A stretch of 64,000 nt of DNA from Octopus vulgaris (taxonomy: Eukaryota), in the NCBI GenBank assembly GCA_951406725.2, contig OX597838.1, positions 19,282,001 through 19,346,000 on the forward strand, given 5' to 3'. Position 1 is the first letter of the stretch. Each line of letters opens with the position of its first letter. The notes beneath the pieces were generated by a model. It saw only the letters and a program-made list of their open reading frames with translations. It was not told the origin of the DNA and did not search any database. Positions 1 to 13,633 of this stretch are shown here, in pieces. The position numbers and the translations under genes were made by a program.

Positions 1-67
1 CTTACAAAAAGATTGCAGAGATCTAGTATTTTGCTCATGTTTGATAGCAAAATGAAACATTATAGGC

Positions 68-456
68 ATAGGAGTGGCTGTGTGGTAAGTGGCTTGCTAA
101 CGAACCACATGATTCCGGGTTCAGTCCCACTGCGTGGCACCTTGGGCAAGTGTCTTCTACTATAGCCTCGGGCCGACTAAAGCCTTGTGAGTGGATTTGA
201 TAGATGGAAACTGAAAGAAGCCCGTCGTATATATGTATGTGTGTGTATATGTTTGTGTGTCTGTGTTCACCCACCCCCATATCGCTTGACAACCGATGCT
301 GGTGTGTTTATGTCCCCGTAACTTAGCGGTTCGGCAAAAGAGACCGATAGAATAAGTACTAGGCTTACAAAGAATAAAGTCCTGGGGTCGATTTGCTCGA
401 CTAAAGGCGGTGCTCCAGCATGGCCTCAGTCAAATGACTGAAACAAGTAAAAGAGT
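68..456 (+). mobile_element. Abundant tRNA-derived SINE family with internal (TA/TG)n; >12 copies (e.g. 6830-7212, 15574-15955, 20735-21045, 25655-26137, 36153-36585, 48729-48886 + 51061-51275)
   Basis: Recurrent ggagtggctgtgtggtaag...ggttcagtccc head and ...gactgaaacaagtaaaagag tail. Confidence 0.85.
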
Positions 457-1344
457 ATTCAGTTAGTATGAGAACTGTGCAGTGTGCTACCAAATACATG
501 AACACTCTGGCTATTTCTCACTGACTAAATGACCCGAGTGATTTGGTATGTTCACACTGAAGATAGAGAAGTCAGTCTGGTAAATTGGGGTGCCAATCCT
601 ATGACTGGCACCCGGCAGTTGCCAGGGCCGCTGGACTGACTCCGGTGCAGGTGGCAAGTAAAGAAACACCGTCTTGACCCTGTGCTTGGGAGATCCATTG
701 AGTCAAGGACACCCGTCGTAAATATGTATATATATATATATGCATGTGTGTTTTTGTGTGTCTGTGTTTGTCCCCCTAGCATTGCTTGACAACCAATGCT
801 GGTGTGTTTATGTCCCCCGTTACTTAGCGGTTCGGCAAAAGAGACCGATAGACTAAGTACTGGGTTTACAAAAGAATAAGTCCCGGGGTCGAGTTGCTCG
901 ATTAAAGGCGGTGCTCCGGCATGGCCGCAGTCAAATGACTGAAACAAGTAAAAGAGTAAGAAACCTATGAAACCAAGAGTGATGCAGAAAATCTACGTTT
1001 GTTTCATTATTGCATTTTTGGAGCCCAGAATTAACCAAAGTGGATGATGTTCAGATGTACCTGCAGCAAGAAGGACTTGCAGTTGATCAATGTGCGTATA
1101 AGTTAAAAGCATTCGATCTGTTTTGCCAAGAAAAATGAGAATGTCTGGTGCGGAAAGCAACTGAAAAAGCTCTGAAGATGGGCAAAATGTTTTGTGCTTT
1201 TGAAAGAGGGAAGGGTTAGAAGATACTTGGTGAGCAGGGTTGTCATGTTGGTTTGCCTTAGTACAAGAAAAGATGCTTGTGGTATCATCTTCACATACGA
1301 TGCTGAATTCAAGTATTTGTTACTTCATGAAGGAATTAACTACT

Positions 1345-2075
1345 ACAACCCAACAAGAGTCTAACAAATGCACACACAACCCAACAAAGGTCACAGATAA
1401 CCCAATGAGGGCCAAACAATCTAATGAAGGTCACAATTTGATGAAGGCTACACAACCCAACAAAGGTCAAATACATAACCCGATGAGGGCCAAACAATTC
1501 AATGAAGGTCACAATTTGATGAAGGCTATACACAACCCAACAAAGGTGAAATACACAACCCAACAAAGGTGAAATACATAACCTAACAAAGGTCACATAC
1601 ACAACCCAACAAAGGTCACATTCACAACCCGATGAGGACCAAACAATTCAATGAAGGCTATACACAACCCAAGAAAGGTCAAATACACAACCCAAGAAAG
1701 GTTACATACAGAACCCAACAAAGGTCACATACACAACCCAACAAAGGTCACATACACAACCCGATGAGGACCAAACAATTCAATGAAGGTCACAACTTGA
1801 TGAAGGCTATACACAACCCAAGAAAGGTCAAATACACAACCCAAGAAAGGTTACATACAGAACCCAACAAAGGTCACATACACAACCCAACAAAGGTCAC
1901 ATACACAACCCGATGAGGACCAAACAATTCAATGAAGGTCACAATTTGATGAAGGCTATACACAACCCAAGAAAGGTCAAATACACAACCCAACAAAGGT
2001 TACATACAGAACCCAATGAGGACCAAACAATTTAATGAAAGTCACAATTTAATGAAGACCATACTGAACCCAACA
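1345..2075. repeat. Complex minisatellite built from acacaacccaacaaaggtca-type units
   Basis: Repeated ~22-24-bp units with higher-order repeats, downstream of the CD2BP2 stop. Confidence 0.85.
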
Positions 2076-2276
2076 TTTTCAGGTTTCTGGAGGGATAATC
2101 AATCTCACCAACGGCCACAGCAGTTAATAGTTTGAGACACCTGACACAGGTTAAGAGATCGTTGTAAATATCAAAGATGGGTTATTTACAATAACAACAA
2201 CAACAACCAAAGAGAAATGTTAAAAATAACGTCAGCCGTTTTGTAAAATGGTTGCGAGAAGTGTGTTTCCAGGGTT

Positions 2277-2479
2277 TTAAATGTAAAGATCAAAGTCAAT
2301 TCTCCTTGAACTGTAGAACTGACCAGCGCTGTCGGCTTTTTTTACGTAAACTCCATTTGGGAAATATCCTTCTGTTGTCCAATGTAACATCTGCGAACTG
2401 GTGTAAGGGCCATAGACATCCGAATCAGCATCCTGCCATTTATACAACCACAGGACTTCCTCAACACCCGTAGAGGTTT
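2277..2479 (-). CDS. CD2BP2: CD2BP2 last coding exon (GYF domain)
   Basis: [40 protein letters not shown]...RRIDFDLYI*; acceptor TTTTTCCAG. Confidence 0.93.
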
Positions 2480-5400
2480 CTGGAAAAATGAAATGCAACA
2501 TATTAATAATAAAAATGTATGTATGTATATCAAACGAGGCACAAGCACTTACACACACACACGATGGACCTTCCACCAACCAAATTCACTCACAAGCCAT
2601 TTTAGATTTATAAATTTCTCAACATTCTCAGCGGTGGTGCCCCAGCATGGCCGCGGCCTTCGGGCTCAAACATTTTTAAGGATTCTATGTTGATGGAATT
2701 ATTTTTTGAATTTATGGAGTGGTTTACTATTTGTGGTTCCTACTTTTACACTTTTACTTGTTTCAGTCATGTGACTGTGGCCACGCTGGAGCATCACCTT
2801 TAGTCGAGCAAATCGACCCCAGGACTTATTCTATACATCAGTATAGAAGGATGGAATATTCCGATAAGGGAAATGGGGATCAGTAGTAGAATATTCCACA
2901 TTAGGATCTTTGACATAAGCTGTAGGCCACAGAGCAGTGGCAAAAAGGTAGAAGAACCACTTATTTTATCTTCTCCGCAGTCCACTTAAGAATGAAAATC
3001 AAACTTTGATTTTGATAGGATTAGAACTCGGAACAGTCCAAACCATAAGTAACTATCACAATGTCATTGTGGCATGGCCTTGCTGGGTGGGACACTTGCT
3101 ACTAGGGTACAGATGACTGCATTGACCTTGAAACAATGACAGGCCGAGTTAACCTAGCTAGGATTTATGCATGCCTTTCCTTCCTTGGACACACGAAGAC
3201 CTGTTGAGGCAAGCGAAGTCAAAATCGAATTCGAAATTGAACCAATCCTATGACTGGCACCCGGCAATTGCCAGGGCCACTGGACTGACTCCTGTGCAGG
3301 TGGCAAGTAAAGAAACAGTTTTGACCCTGTGCTTGAGGAGATCCATTGAGTCAAGGACACCAACATCAAAAATCAATGGAAACTGCAGTTGTGATCCCTG
3401 TGCTGGTGGCACGTAAAAAGCACCAATCCAATCGTGACTGTTGCCAGTGCCGCCTTGACTGGCTTCCGTGCCGGTGGCACGTAAAAAGCACCATCCGAAC
3501 GTGGCTGTTGCCAGCCTCGCCTGGTATGTAAAAAGCACCCACTACACTCACGGAGTGGTTGGCGTTAGGAAGGGCATCCAGCTGTAGAAACACTGCCAGA
3601 TCAGACTGGAGCCTGGTGCAGCCTCCTGGTTTCCCAGATCCCCGGTTGAACCGTCCAACCCATGCTAGCATGGAGAACGGACGTTAAATGATGATGATGA
3701 TGATGATGAAAGTGACGTAATCAAATACCACAAAGTATTCTGTTTGGTGCTCTACTGATTGTTTACACTTACTTGACTGCTGCACACCCCAAATCTAAGC
3801 TATGAGATAATGCATGATTAATTCAAAACAATGTGAATAAATAAGCATTAGATTTAGCAGAATAATCTGAATGTTAATGGGTTAATTCTTGATAAGCACT
3901 GTCCACCTAGCAGTGAATAGGTAGGTAGGTAGGTAGGGATGTATGTGTGTGTGTGTCTGTCTGTCTGTATGTGTGTGTATGTATGTATGTATATATGTAT
4001 GTGTGTGTGTAAATATATGTTTGTGTGTCTGTATGTATGTATGTATGTGTGTGCATGTATGTATATATGTGTGTGCATGTATGTATGTATGTGTGTGTAT
4101 GTATGTATATATGTGTGTGCATGTATGTATGTATGTATGTGTGTGCATATATGTGTTTGTGTGTCTGTATGTATGTGTATGGGTGTGCATATGTTTGTGT
4201 GTGTCTGTATGTATGTGTGTGCGTGTGTCTGTATGTATGTGTGTATATGTGTGTGTGTGGGTGTATCTGTCTGTCTGTATGTATGCATGTGTGTGCATCT
4301 CACTTGTCATAGGGAGGGAGCCTGTCTCCCTTTTCAGTTGTTAGAAAAATGCTCCCACGTAGCAAAGAGTTGTTTTGACACTTATTTCTAGCAATGTTGT
4401 TGCTTACTAGCACCCTTCCGTCATTTTAGTGACAACTATACTAAATTACAAAAAGCCACCTTAATAATTCGTTTATATACTCTGTTTGCTTGTTTCAGTC
4501 ATTTGACTGTGGCCACGCTGGAGCACCGCCTTTGGTCGAGCACATCGAACCCGAGACTTATTCTTTGTAAGCCTAGTACTTATTCTATCGGTCTCTTTTG
4601 CTGAACCGCTAAGTTATGGGGACGTAAACACACCAGCATCGGTTGTCAAGCGATGTTGGGGGGACAAACACAGACACACACACACATATATATATGTGTG
4701 TGTGTGTGTGTGTGTATAGCATTGTTCAGCTTATTTCAAGATTTCTTGCTAATAGAGAAAGGGCTGCTTTCTAACTAAGATTCAAGACTCTTTCATTGGA
4801 ATTTCAACATCAACAACAAGGTATTTTTGTATATATTCTCATGCATATAGTTACATATCTAGACATGCTCATATATATTTAAATGATAAACTTCTGGAAA
4901 GTTTTACAGATTTTTACAGTTCCAGTGATGGATTGAATCTGCAGTCTTCGAATCAGCTTTCTCCTTTCTGGTTTTGAGAAGCCTAATTTATCAAGATTGA
5001 TATTTAGGCAGTGTGTTATATATCTCAGGGGCCCTAATAATTACAGATATAAACCTGAACTTGTAATCTGGATAGAGTAACTGCAGATTTCTCAATAGTT
5101 CAGCATAGATGTTGTCTTTTTCACTGATCTTCAGTTTTATATTAACATCTGGTAGGCAGCTAATTTCCACAACTAAGCACAGTTTCTCTTTTCTATCCCA
5201 AATCATTATATCAGGTCTGTTGTGCTTACATTTTATTGAGGTCTTCACTGGGACATTCCATGTACAAGTGAGATCGTTACCAGAGCAACAAGCTGGCCTT
5301 CATACCGATGGCACGTTAAAAACACCATTCAAATGTGATCGTTACCTGCATCACCTTACTAACACTTGTGCTGGTGGCACGTGGAAAAAAACATTTGAGC

Positions 5401-8400
5401 GAGGTCGTTGCCAGTGCTGCTGGACTGGCTCCTGTGCAGGCGGCACATAAAAGGCACCATTTGGGCATGGCCGTTGCCAGTACCACCTAACTGGCCCTCA
5501 TGCCGGTGGCACGCAAAAGCACCCACTACACTCTCGGAGTGGTTGGCGTTAGGAAGGGCATTCAGCTGTAGAAACCCAGATCAGATTGGAGTCTGGGGCA
5601 GCCATCTGGTTCGCCGGACCTCACTCAAATCGTCCAACCCATGCTAGCATGGAAAGCAGACGTTAAACGACAACGACGACGATGAAAATGATGTATGTAT
5701 GTATGTAGCAAAATGAGAAACAGCCTTACCTTTTGAGGTTCCATTCTTATTATCGGCCGATTTGTCTGTAGACTTGGCACCACTGACTGTTGCCGTGGTT
5801 ACTTTATTGTCCTTATTATCAATCGTGTCTGCAAACATATCCAACATGCTGTTGCTATCTTCTGTTGTTGTCTTTCCTGTCAACATGCCACCAACGCCAG
5901 CTGACGTAGCAGAGTCTTTCTTCAGAATATAGTTCAGTTTCTCAAAGGTCATCTCGTACACCTCCATCTGACCGGTGGAGAGCAGATGGTCAGCGTAACC
6001 GGTCAACTCCAGCATCTTCTCTTTGTTTTCCTCTTCCAGCTGCTGCTGTTGCTGTTGAATCTTCTTACTTTCTTCCCCACCATCTTCTGGCGTCTCCTTT
6101 TCCTTCTCCTCGCCTTCGCTCTTTTTCCTCCCCATCTTTGTTTTCCACCGGTTCGCAGCGGAAGCCTTCTGCCGGCTCTTCACCCCTCCGCCCAGACGCC
6201 GTATCGCTCTGAGCACAGTCTCGCCCGGTAACATCAGTTTCACCATCTTCTCATAGATTGAATTACTTTCGACGCCACCCCCAAATTCATACTCGTCGTC
6301 ATCATCCTCATCATCGTCATCATCGTCATAACTCTTCCTTGCAGACGAATTCTGCTTACTTGTGTGTTTCACATATTGCCAGTCGATGTTGTCAATCCAG
6401 TTGTCACGGATCTCATCCTGGAAATAAAATTAAAGAAATTAGTTTTGACAAAAACAACAAATGCGTAGGAGTGGCTGTGTGGTAGCCAGGGGTTGGTTAA
6501 CCTTTTCAGGTACCACCTCGGTAGTAAGATCAGGCTGGAGAAGAGGTGTCTGTCACGAGATATGTTTGCGAAAAGATGGAAGTCTGTAGCATGCAAGTTG
6601 GGTATATCTGGCACCAGGTAAGTGTGGCCGGATCAAGAAGTAAAGGTTCTACTCAGATGGCTGGGATCCGTGCCCTACTGTATAATACCAAATTTTAAAA
6701 ACTTTTTATTGTAAATATTATATATATTTTATTGTAATCACCAATGTTTTAAGCTACTACACCCTATATGTTTGTCTGTATTTGTATGTCCCCTCTATGT
6801 AACGCCTTAATGGCGAATCTTTCATGAAATAAAGTAGCTTGCTCACGAACCACATGGTTCTGGGTTCAGTCCCACTGCGTGGCACCTTGGGCAAGTGTCT
6901 TCTACTATAGCCTCGGGCCGACCAAAGCCTTCTGAGTGGATTTGGCAGATGGAAACTGAAAGAAGCCCATCGTATATATGTATATATATATATGTATGTG
7001 TATATGTTTGTGTGTCTGTGTTTGTCCCCCCAACATCGCTTGACAACCGATGCTGGTGTGCTTATGTTCCCATAACTTAGCGGTTCGGCAAAAGAGACCG
7101 ATAGAATAAGTGCTAGGCTTACAAAGAACAAGTCCTGGGGTCGATTTGCTCGACTAAAAGGTGGTGCTCCAGCATGGCCACAGTCAAATGACTGAAACAA
7201 GTAAAAAGAGAGTAATCCAGGCCAAAATGTCAGAGGTCAGTAAGAAAATGGCTGAGCATCAAACAAAACACTTCATACCATATGATTACATCACTTTCTG
7301 CTCCAAGTTCATATCTCCATATAATCTGCTTGTCACAGGATTTGGATTTTTACCTTTTGACCGGCAGATTTAGAAAATAATTTTTTGTAACTAAACACTT
7401 TCAAAGTTTGTATACTGGTAGAATGTGTCATATAAAACATCTTTTACTCTTAGCATTTTTGTGCAAAGTTTATATTTATAAAGTTATTTCATGTTAAAGT
7501 TGTAGTATTTCAGTAATTTCAACCAATCAATGATGTGTATGCAGCTGAATAAAATTACTGCTGTTGTTTGTCAACAACTTCTGGTGATATATATTTCTTA
7601 TGACATATTTAATCTCAGTTACGTTTGTATGAATAAATGAGTGTATCTGAAGCATGTTTACTTCATGGCACCACCATAATCGCTTGTGCATTTCTACTGC
7701 TTTTAGTTTTTTTTTTCCCTGTTTTTCAGCTACTATTTTTGGAAAGACTTTTTTGCCGCCCACCCTATCCCATTTTTTTCCTGTAACTCTAACCCTAAAA
7801 CCTTAAAGCTAAAACCAGTACAAATGCATGAATGATGTCATAAATAACAGTGACAAACGAAATATACACATATATATACAGATGTGTACATACATATATA
7901 TATACAGATGTGTACATACATATATATATACAGATGTGTACATACATATATATATACAGATGTGTACATACATATATATATACAGATGTGTACATACATA
8001 TATATATACAGATGTGTACATACATATATATATACAGATGTGTACATACATATATATATATACAGATGTGTACATACATATATATATATACAGATGTGTA
8101 CATACATATATATATATACAGATGTGTACATACATATATATATATACAGATGTGTACATACATATATATATACAGATGTGTACATATATATATATACAGA
8201 TGTGTACATATATATATATACAGATGTGTACATACATATATATATACAGATGTGTACATACATATATATATACAGATGTGTACATACATATATATATACA
8301 GATGTGTACATACATATATATACAGATGTGTACATACATATATATACAGATGTGTACATACATATATATACAGATGTGTACATACATATATATACAGATG

Positions 8401-8543
8401 TGTACATACATATATACATGTGTACATACATATATACATGTGTACATACATATATACATGTGTACATACATATATACAGATGTGTACATACATATATACA
8501 TATGTGTACATACATATATACATATGTGTACATACATATACAG

Positions 8544-8579
<36 letters not shown>

Positions 8580-8974
8580 GTGTACATTCATACAAGTAAT
8601 AGACCTAGTCATGTTGTTAAGAGGAGAGGTAGAAAGAATAGACTCACCTGTTTGTCAAAGATATATGTCCCCTGTTTGTCAAAGTGGCCAGTCTCCAGCT
8701 CCTCCTTCATGTTGAAAGGGGTTATCTTTATACCCTCATCATAATCTATTGTGGCATCTTCTTGTCCTGTGTTCAAAAAAGTATGGTGTGTATATATCAT
8801 CATCATCGTTTAAAATTCATTTTTCCTTGCTGCCATGGGTTGGATGGTTCAACAGGAGCTAGCAGGCAAAAAGACTGCACCAGGCTTCACTGTCTGTTTG
8901 AAACCCGGTGCAGTCTTCTGACATGGTGGCTCCCGTCCAACTGTCCAACCCATGCCAGCATGGAAAACGGACGT

Positions 8975-9016
<42 letters not shown>

Positions 9017-11880
9017 GAGGCGCAATGGCCCAGTGGTTAGGGCAGCGGGCTCGCGGTCGGAGGATCGCGGTTTCGATTCCCAGACCGGGCATTGCGTGTG
9101 TTTATTGAGCGAAAACACCTAAAGCTCCACAAGGCTCCGGCAGGGGGTGCTGGCGACCCCTGTTGTACTCTTTCGCTCCAGCTTTCTCTCACTCTTTCTT
9201 CTGTTGGCCTGCTCGCTTAGCCAGCTGGGTGGCATCATTTGAAGGCTAAAACAATGCGAAGCGCATTGTGACCAGCGATAGCCTGGTCGGTCACGTGATA
9301 TATATATATATATTACAAACACATATTTACACACACAAACATATGTTGATACACCTTCATATACCCATATGCCTATTCACACATGTATGTATATACATAT
9401 AGACACAAATATAAACACACTTTTCCATTTTGCATTGTAGAGCACATCAGTCTGTCCTTGGAGAGTTTCAGATGCCAATACTCCTTTCTAAGGGCCCCTT
9501 GCTCAACCCTCCTCTAGCATAGCCGTGCTAGCTAGCTAGTCTTGACTAGTCGATCCTACAACGACTACATAGCAAAGTAAATAAAACAAAAATATAATAT
9601 TTTTACACAAAGTAAATAGGTTTTTTTTAAACAAAGTAAATAAAACACAAAGTAGGGATCGACTAGTCACGACTAGCTAGCGCGGATGCGCGAGTGCGCG
9701 CACTGGGACCACTCTTCTTAAATAGTACCGGGAAATAAATTAAAATGTTACAGAAACAAAAGTCTCGGATCTTGTGAAATTTCTTTCAACTACTTAAAGT
9801 ATTTCGAATATTCTCTGGGATTCTTTTAAAACTTTTCTACATGCATTTAAAATTACGTGATATTTATTAACAAATTCTAGAAAACGAAAACAAAAATTAA
9901 GGTGATTTTCGTCGTGTTAATATCAACATGTAGAAACTACAACAGTGTAGAGAATTTGAAAAAGCCTTAAGTGGTTGGAGACAATTTTAACAAGATCAGA
10001 AGTTCGATATAACATCCAAGAAGAAAAAAAAACTGCAAAATAGCTGACCGAAGCGAAATAGCGCTACATTCAAATATCCCATTGTTGCAAACTAATTGTT
10101 TTGCTTGCAAATTTTAAGTGGAACTGGCAGAATCGTTACAGCGCCGGGCTAAATACTTAGCGGCATTTAGTCAGTCTATACGTTCTGAGTTCAAATTCCG
10201 CCGAGGTCGACTTTGTCTTTTAATCCTTTCCAGGTCGATAAAATAGGCATTCTTTCGATATAACTCGACAAAATCAAAACATTTAACTTCGGGTATTTCC
10301 GTGGGTTGTGGAGTATAGATATAACCAATGCCAGCAATGTCTCATTTTTAAACTTGAAGAAAAAAAAGGCCTTGCATATTTGTTCTTACCCGTTTCATGT
10401 GTGTATGTAAAATCCGCAAATTTCCAAGGAGAAAACAAGAATCGAACTGTCATTTGCTTCCACGGAAATACCCGAAGTGAAGTGCTTTGATTTTGTCGAG
10501 TTATATCGAAGGAATGTCAAATATTGAAAACCTCAACACATGTATAACGCCAAAAAAAAAACATGAGGAGGGTTATCTTGGGATATGCTAGAAACAACAG
10601 CCAAATACTATCATTTGCTTCCACGAAAATACCCGAAGTAAAGTGTTTTGATTTTGTCGAGTTATATCGAAAGAATGCCAAATATTGAAAACCTCAACAC
10701 ATGTATAACGCCAAAAAAAATATAAATGAGGAGGGTCATCTTGGGATATGCTAGAAACAACAGCCAAATACTATCATTTGCTTCCACGGAAATACCCGAA
10801 GTGAAGTGTTTTGATTTTGTCGAGTTATATCGAAAGAATGCCATAAAATAACTAACTACCAGTTGAGCACTGGGGGTCGATTATTCGACTTTCCCCGTCT
10901 TCCGAAATTGCTGGCCATGTGCTATAAACTCTTACATTTTACTACTATATTTACAACCAACGAGAGAGAGGCAGTTTATAGGTTTTCTCGTGTAGGAGTA
11001 AACTATACGAAAATACTATGAGATAGATACGTGAAACAACCAAAACATCAAACACTAATAAAAATGTTATTTCAGGAATAACTTCAACTTCTTTGCGTCG
11101 AAATCTTTCGTTGTTCGAAAATGTGTGAAGGTGTTTTTAATTAATGTTATTTCGCTTTCGCTTTGCATCGAAGGTCAAGGCCGTTTTGCAAACGTGCGTG
11201 TTCAGCAACATTACTATATGTACGTGTGTGTGTGTATCTGTTGCTCTCACTCTCTTTATATACATATATATATATAAATATATAGATATATATGAAAGAA
11301 TGGAGCTGAACGACGAATTAACAAAATTCCTTTATTTTCGACATATGTTTCGAAGGCTGCATATTCCTAATTGCGAAGGAATAAGGAGTATATTATGCCG
11401 CTTTCTCATCAGGAAAAGCAAGGAACTTATGTCAACATCAAAATGCACAAAAAAACTTTTAGATGATTGCTCACACAGAGCCCATAGCGATATATAAATA
11501 TATATAGGTACTATTTAAGAAGAGTGGTCCCGGTGCGCGCACTCGCGCTAGCTAGTCGTGACTAGTCGATCCTACGGACTACCTAGCAAAGTAAATAAAA
11601 CACGAAATAGTTTTTTTTTTACACAAACTAAACAATTTTTGTTAAACAAAGTAAATAAAGCAAACAAAAACACGAAGTAAATATTTTTTTAAAACAAAAT
11701 AAATAAAACACAAAGTAAGGATCGACTAGTCACGTCTAGCTAGCGCGGATGCGCGACTACGCGCACCGGGACCACTCTACTTAAATAGTACCATATATAT
11801 ATATTTATATATAAATAAATATATACATACATACACACCCACACATATATATAAATATATATATACATACACACACACAA

Positions 11881-11925
<45 letters not shown>

Positions 11926-12191
11926 CACACACACACATATATATATATACACACACACACATATATATATACACACATATATATATATATATACACACAC
12001 ACACATATATATATACACACACACACATATATATATACACACACACATATATATATATATACACACACATATATATACACACACACACATATATATATAA
12101 ATATATACACACACACACATATATATATACACACACACATATATATATATACACCCATATATATATACACACACATATATATACATATATA

Positions 12192-12224
<33 letters not shown>

Positions 12225-12471
12225 GTATTGTGTTATTCTTACCTTCTATGTCATCTTCGTCTAACGCTTCGCCTTCTGCCTGGTCTTCCTCGTCGCTGTC
12301 CAACGAATGCTTCTCCTTAAACCTCCGGCTACTCGCCTCCTTCGACGCCACCACGCCGTCGTCGCATTCCTGTGCCGTCTCCAGGCACATCCTCTTCGGC
12401 GCTCCGGCGAGGATCTCTCCATCACCGTCCACCAGTTTCCTCCTCATCGTTTTGTGCGCGCTCGAAGCCAT
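2277..12471 (-). CDS. CD2BP2: CD2 antigen cytoplasmic tail-binding protein 2 / U5 snRNP 52K (Lin1/holn1 family), 4 coding exons
   Basis: Exons 12471-12243, 8766-8648, 6417-5730 and 2479-2277 join at GT-AG sites in frame (229+119+688+203=1239 nt). Motifs are [50 protein letters not shown] and the GYF domain (WLYKW...[18 protein letters not shown]...RIDFDLYI). Confidence 0.93.
5730..6417 (-). CDS. CD2BP2: CD2BP2 coding exon 3
   Basis: [17 protein letters not shown]...[14 protein letters not shown]...LDMFAD; acceptor TTTCCAG, donor GTAAGG. Confidence 0.92.
7862..8585. repeat. Minisatellite (catacatatatatatacagatgtgta)n
   Basis: ~24-28-bp units in CD2BP2 intron 2. Confidence 0.9.
8648..8766 (-). 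CDS. CD2BP2: CD2BP2 coding exon 2
   Basis: [40 protein letters not shown], bounded by ACAG / GTGAGT. Confidence 0.92.
9017..9298 (+). mobile_element. tRNA-headed SINE (copies 19455-19840, 52352-52690; related 35210-35700, 63914-64000)
   Basis: tggcccagtggttagggcagcg...ggtttcgattcccagaccggg A/B boxes followed by non-tRNA body. Confidence 0.75.
10246..10842. mobile_element. Non-autonomous TIR DNA transposon with 8-bp TSD and internal ~162-bp tandem repeats (Merlin/hAT-like)
   Basis: TIRs GGCATTCTTTCGATATAACTCGACAAAATCAAAAC; ATAAAATA duplicated at 10238-10245 and 10843-10850; interrupts a SINE. Confidence 0.8.
11335..11417 (-). ncRNA. Type I hammerhead ribozyme motif (CD2BP2 intron 1, sense)
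   Basis: Minus strand reads ttttc-CTGATGA-gaaagcggcata...tatgcagccttc-GAAA-catatg-TC-gaaaa: stem I ttttc/gaaaa, palindromic stem III, GUC cleavage triplet. Confidence 0.8.
11507..11792. mobile_element. MITE with long TIRs (GGTACTATTTAAG...), partial second copy at ~9529-9729
   Basis: ggtactatttaagaagagtggtcccggtgcgcg ... cgcgcaccgggaccactctacttaaatagtacc; sits in TA-rich flanks. Confidence 0.8.
12243..12471 (-). CDS. CD2BP2: CD2BP2 coding exon 1
   Basis: MASSAHK...[24 protein letters not shown], then donor GTAAGA. Confidence 0.88.
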
Positions 12472-12650
12472 GTTTATCGAAACGTCTGCGTGACGTCACA
12501 CGTCGGAATCCGCGAGAGTAGGCACACGCCGACGACCACTGTCACACAACGGGCCATCACTCGGCTTACAGGTTGCCTGCCTGCCTGGCTTTCGCTCTGA
12601 CCCAATTGTTGGTGGCGTCGCTGCCGGCGCTGCTGCTGCTGCAACACCAC
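12250..12650. promoter_or_regulatory. CpG-rich island at CD2BP2 5' end with a CRE palindrome (TGACGTCA, 12491-12498)
   Basis: Locally high GC/CpG content in an AT-rich window; perfect CRE motif just upstream of the ATG. Confidence 0.4.
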
Positions 12651-13011
12651 CACCACTACTACTACTACCTTTTCTTTTTCTTCTTCTTCTTCTTCTTCTT
12701 CTTCTTCTTCTTCTTCTCCTCTTTCTCCTCCTCCCCTTATTTCTTCTTCTACTTCTTCTTCGTCTTCTTTTTCTTCTTCTATTTCTCCTCCCCTCCTCCT
12801 CTTTCTTCTTCTTCTTCTTCTATTTCTTCTTCTTCTTCTTCTTCTTCTTCTTCTTCTTCTTCTTCTTCTTCTTCTTCTTCTACCAGTTGAGCATCACAAA
12901 ACTCCAGAATGTTCCCTCCTCACTCCTGGGTTCAAATTCCACCGAAGTCGACTTTGCTTTTCATCCTTTCGGGGTCGATAAATTAAGTACCTGTTGCGTA
13001 CTGGGGTTGAT

Positions 13012-13500
13012 ACAGTTCTATATTTAAGAGATGAGGAATTATGTACATTATTTACATTTGACGGATAACACAACTTTTCTACCGATATACCCTCCAGCCT
13101 TCATCAGGTGTCTTGGGGAAATTTCAAACCTGGGTTCTGATTCCTAAGGTAGTTTTTCGATGTTGTTGTTGTTGTTGTTATTATTGTTATTATCCAGGTC
13201 ACTGCCTGGAATCGAACTCGGAATCTTAGGGTTAGTAGCGCCTGCTCTTAACCACTATGCCATATGCCCGCAAGATTCAAAGTTCGATTCCAGGCAGTGA
13301 CCTGAATAATAATAATAATAGTAATAATAATAATAACAACAACATCGAAAAATACCTTAGGAATGGTTTGAAAAATACCTTAGGAAAGGTTTGAAATTTC
13401 CCCAAGACACCTGATGAAGGCTGGAGGGTATATCAGCCAAAACGTTGTGTTAACAACAAACAAGATGAGGACAAATATCCATCAAATGTAAATAATGTAA
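13012..13500. mobile_element. Head-to-head pair of tRNA-headed, hammerhead-bearing elements
   Basis: 13043-13220 is inverted at 13280-13500. tRNA-like A/B boxes lie on the minus strand at ~13200-13262, and degenerate hammerheads at 13067-13112 (-) and 13406-13451 (+). Confidence 0.7.
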
Positions 13501-13579
13501 ATAATATACTGGGGTTGATGTAATCGATATACCCCTCCCCCACAAATTTCAGGCCTTGTGCCTATAGTAGAAAGGATTA

Positions 13580-13633
<54 letters not shown>

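Noticed and set aside
9017-9090. Possible tRNA genes (also 19455, 35210, 52352, 63914)
   Set aside because: A/B boxes continue into shared SINE bodies, with no complete cloverleaf or poly-T terminator.
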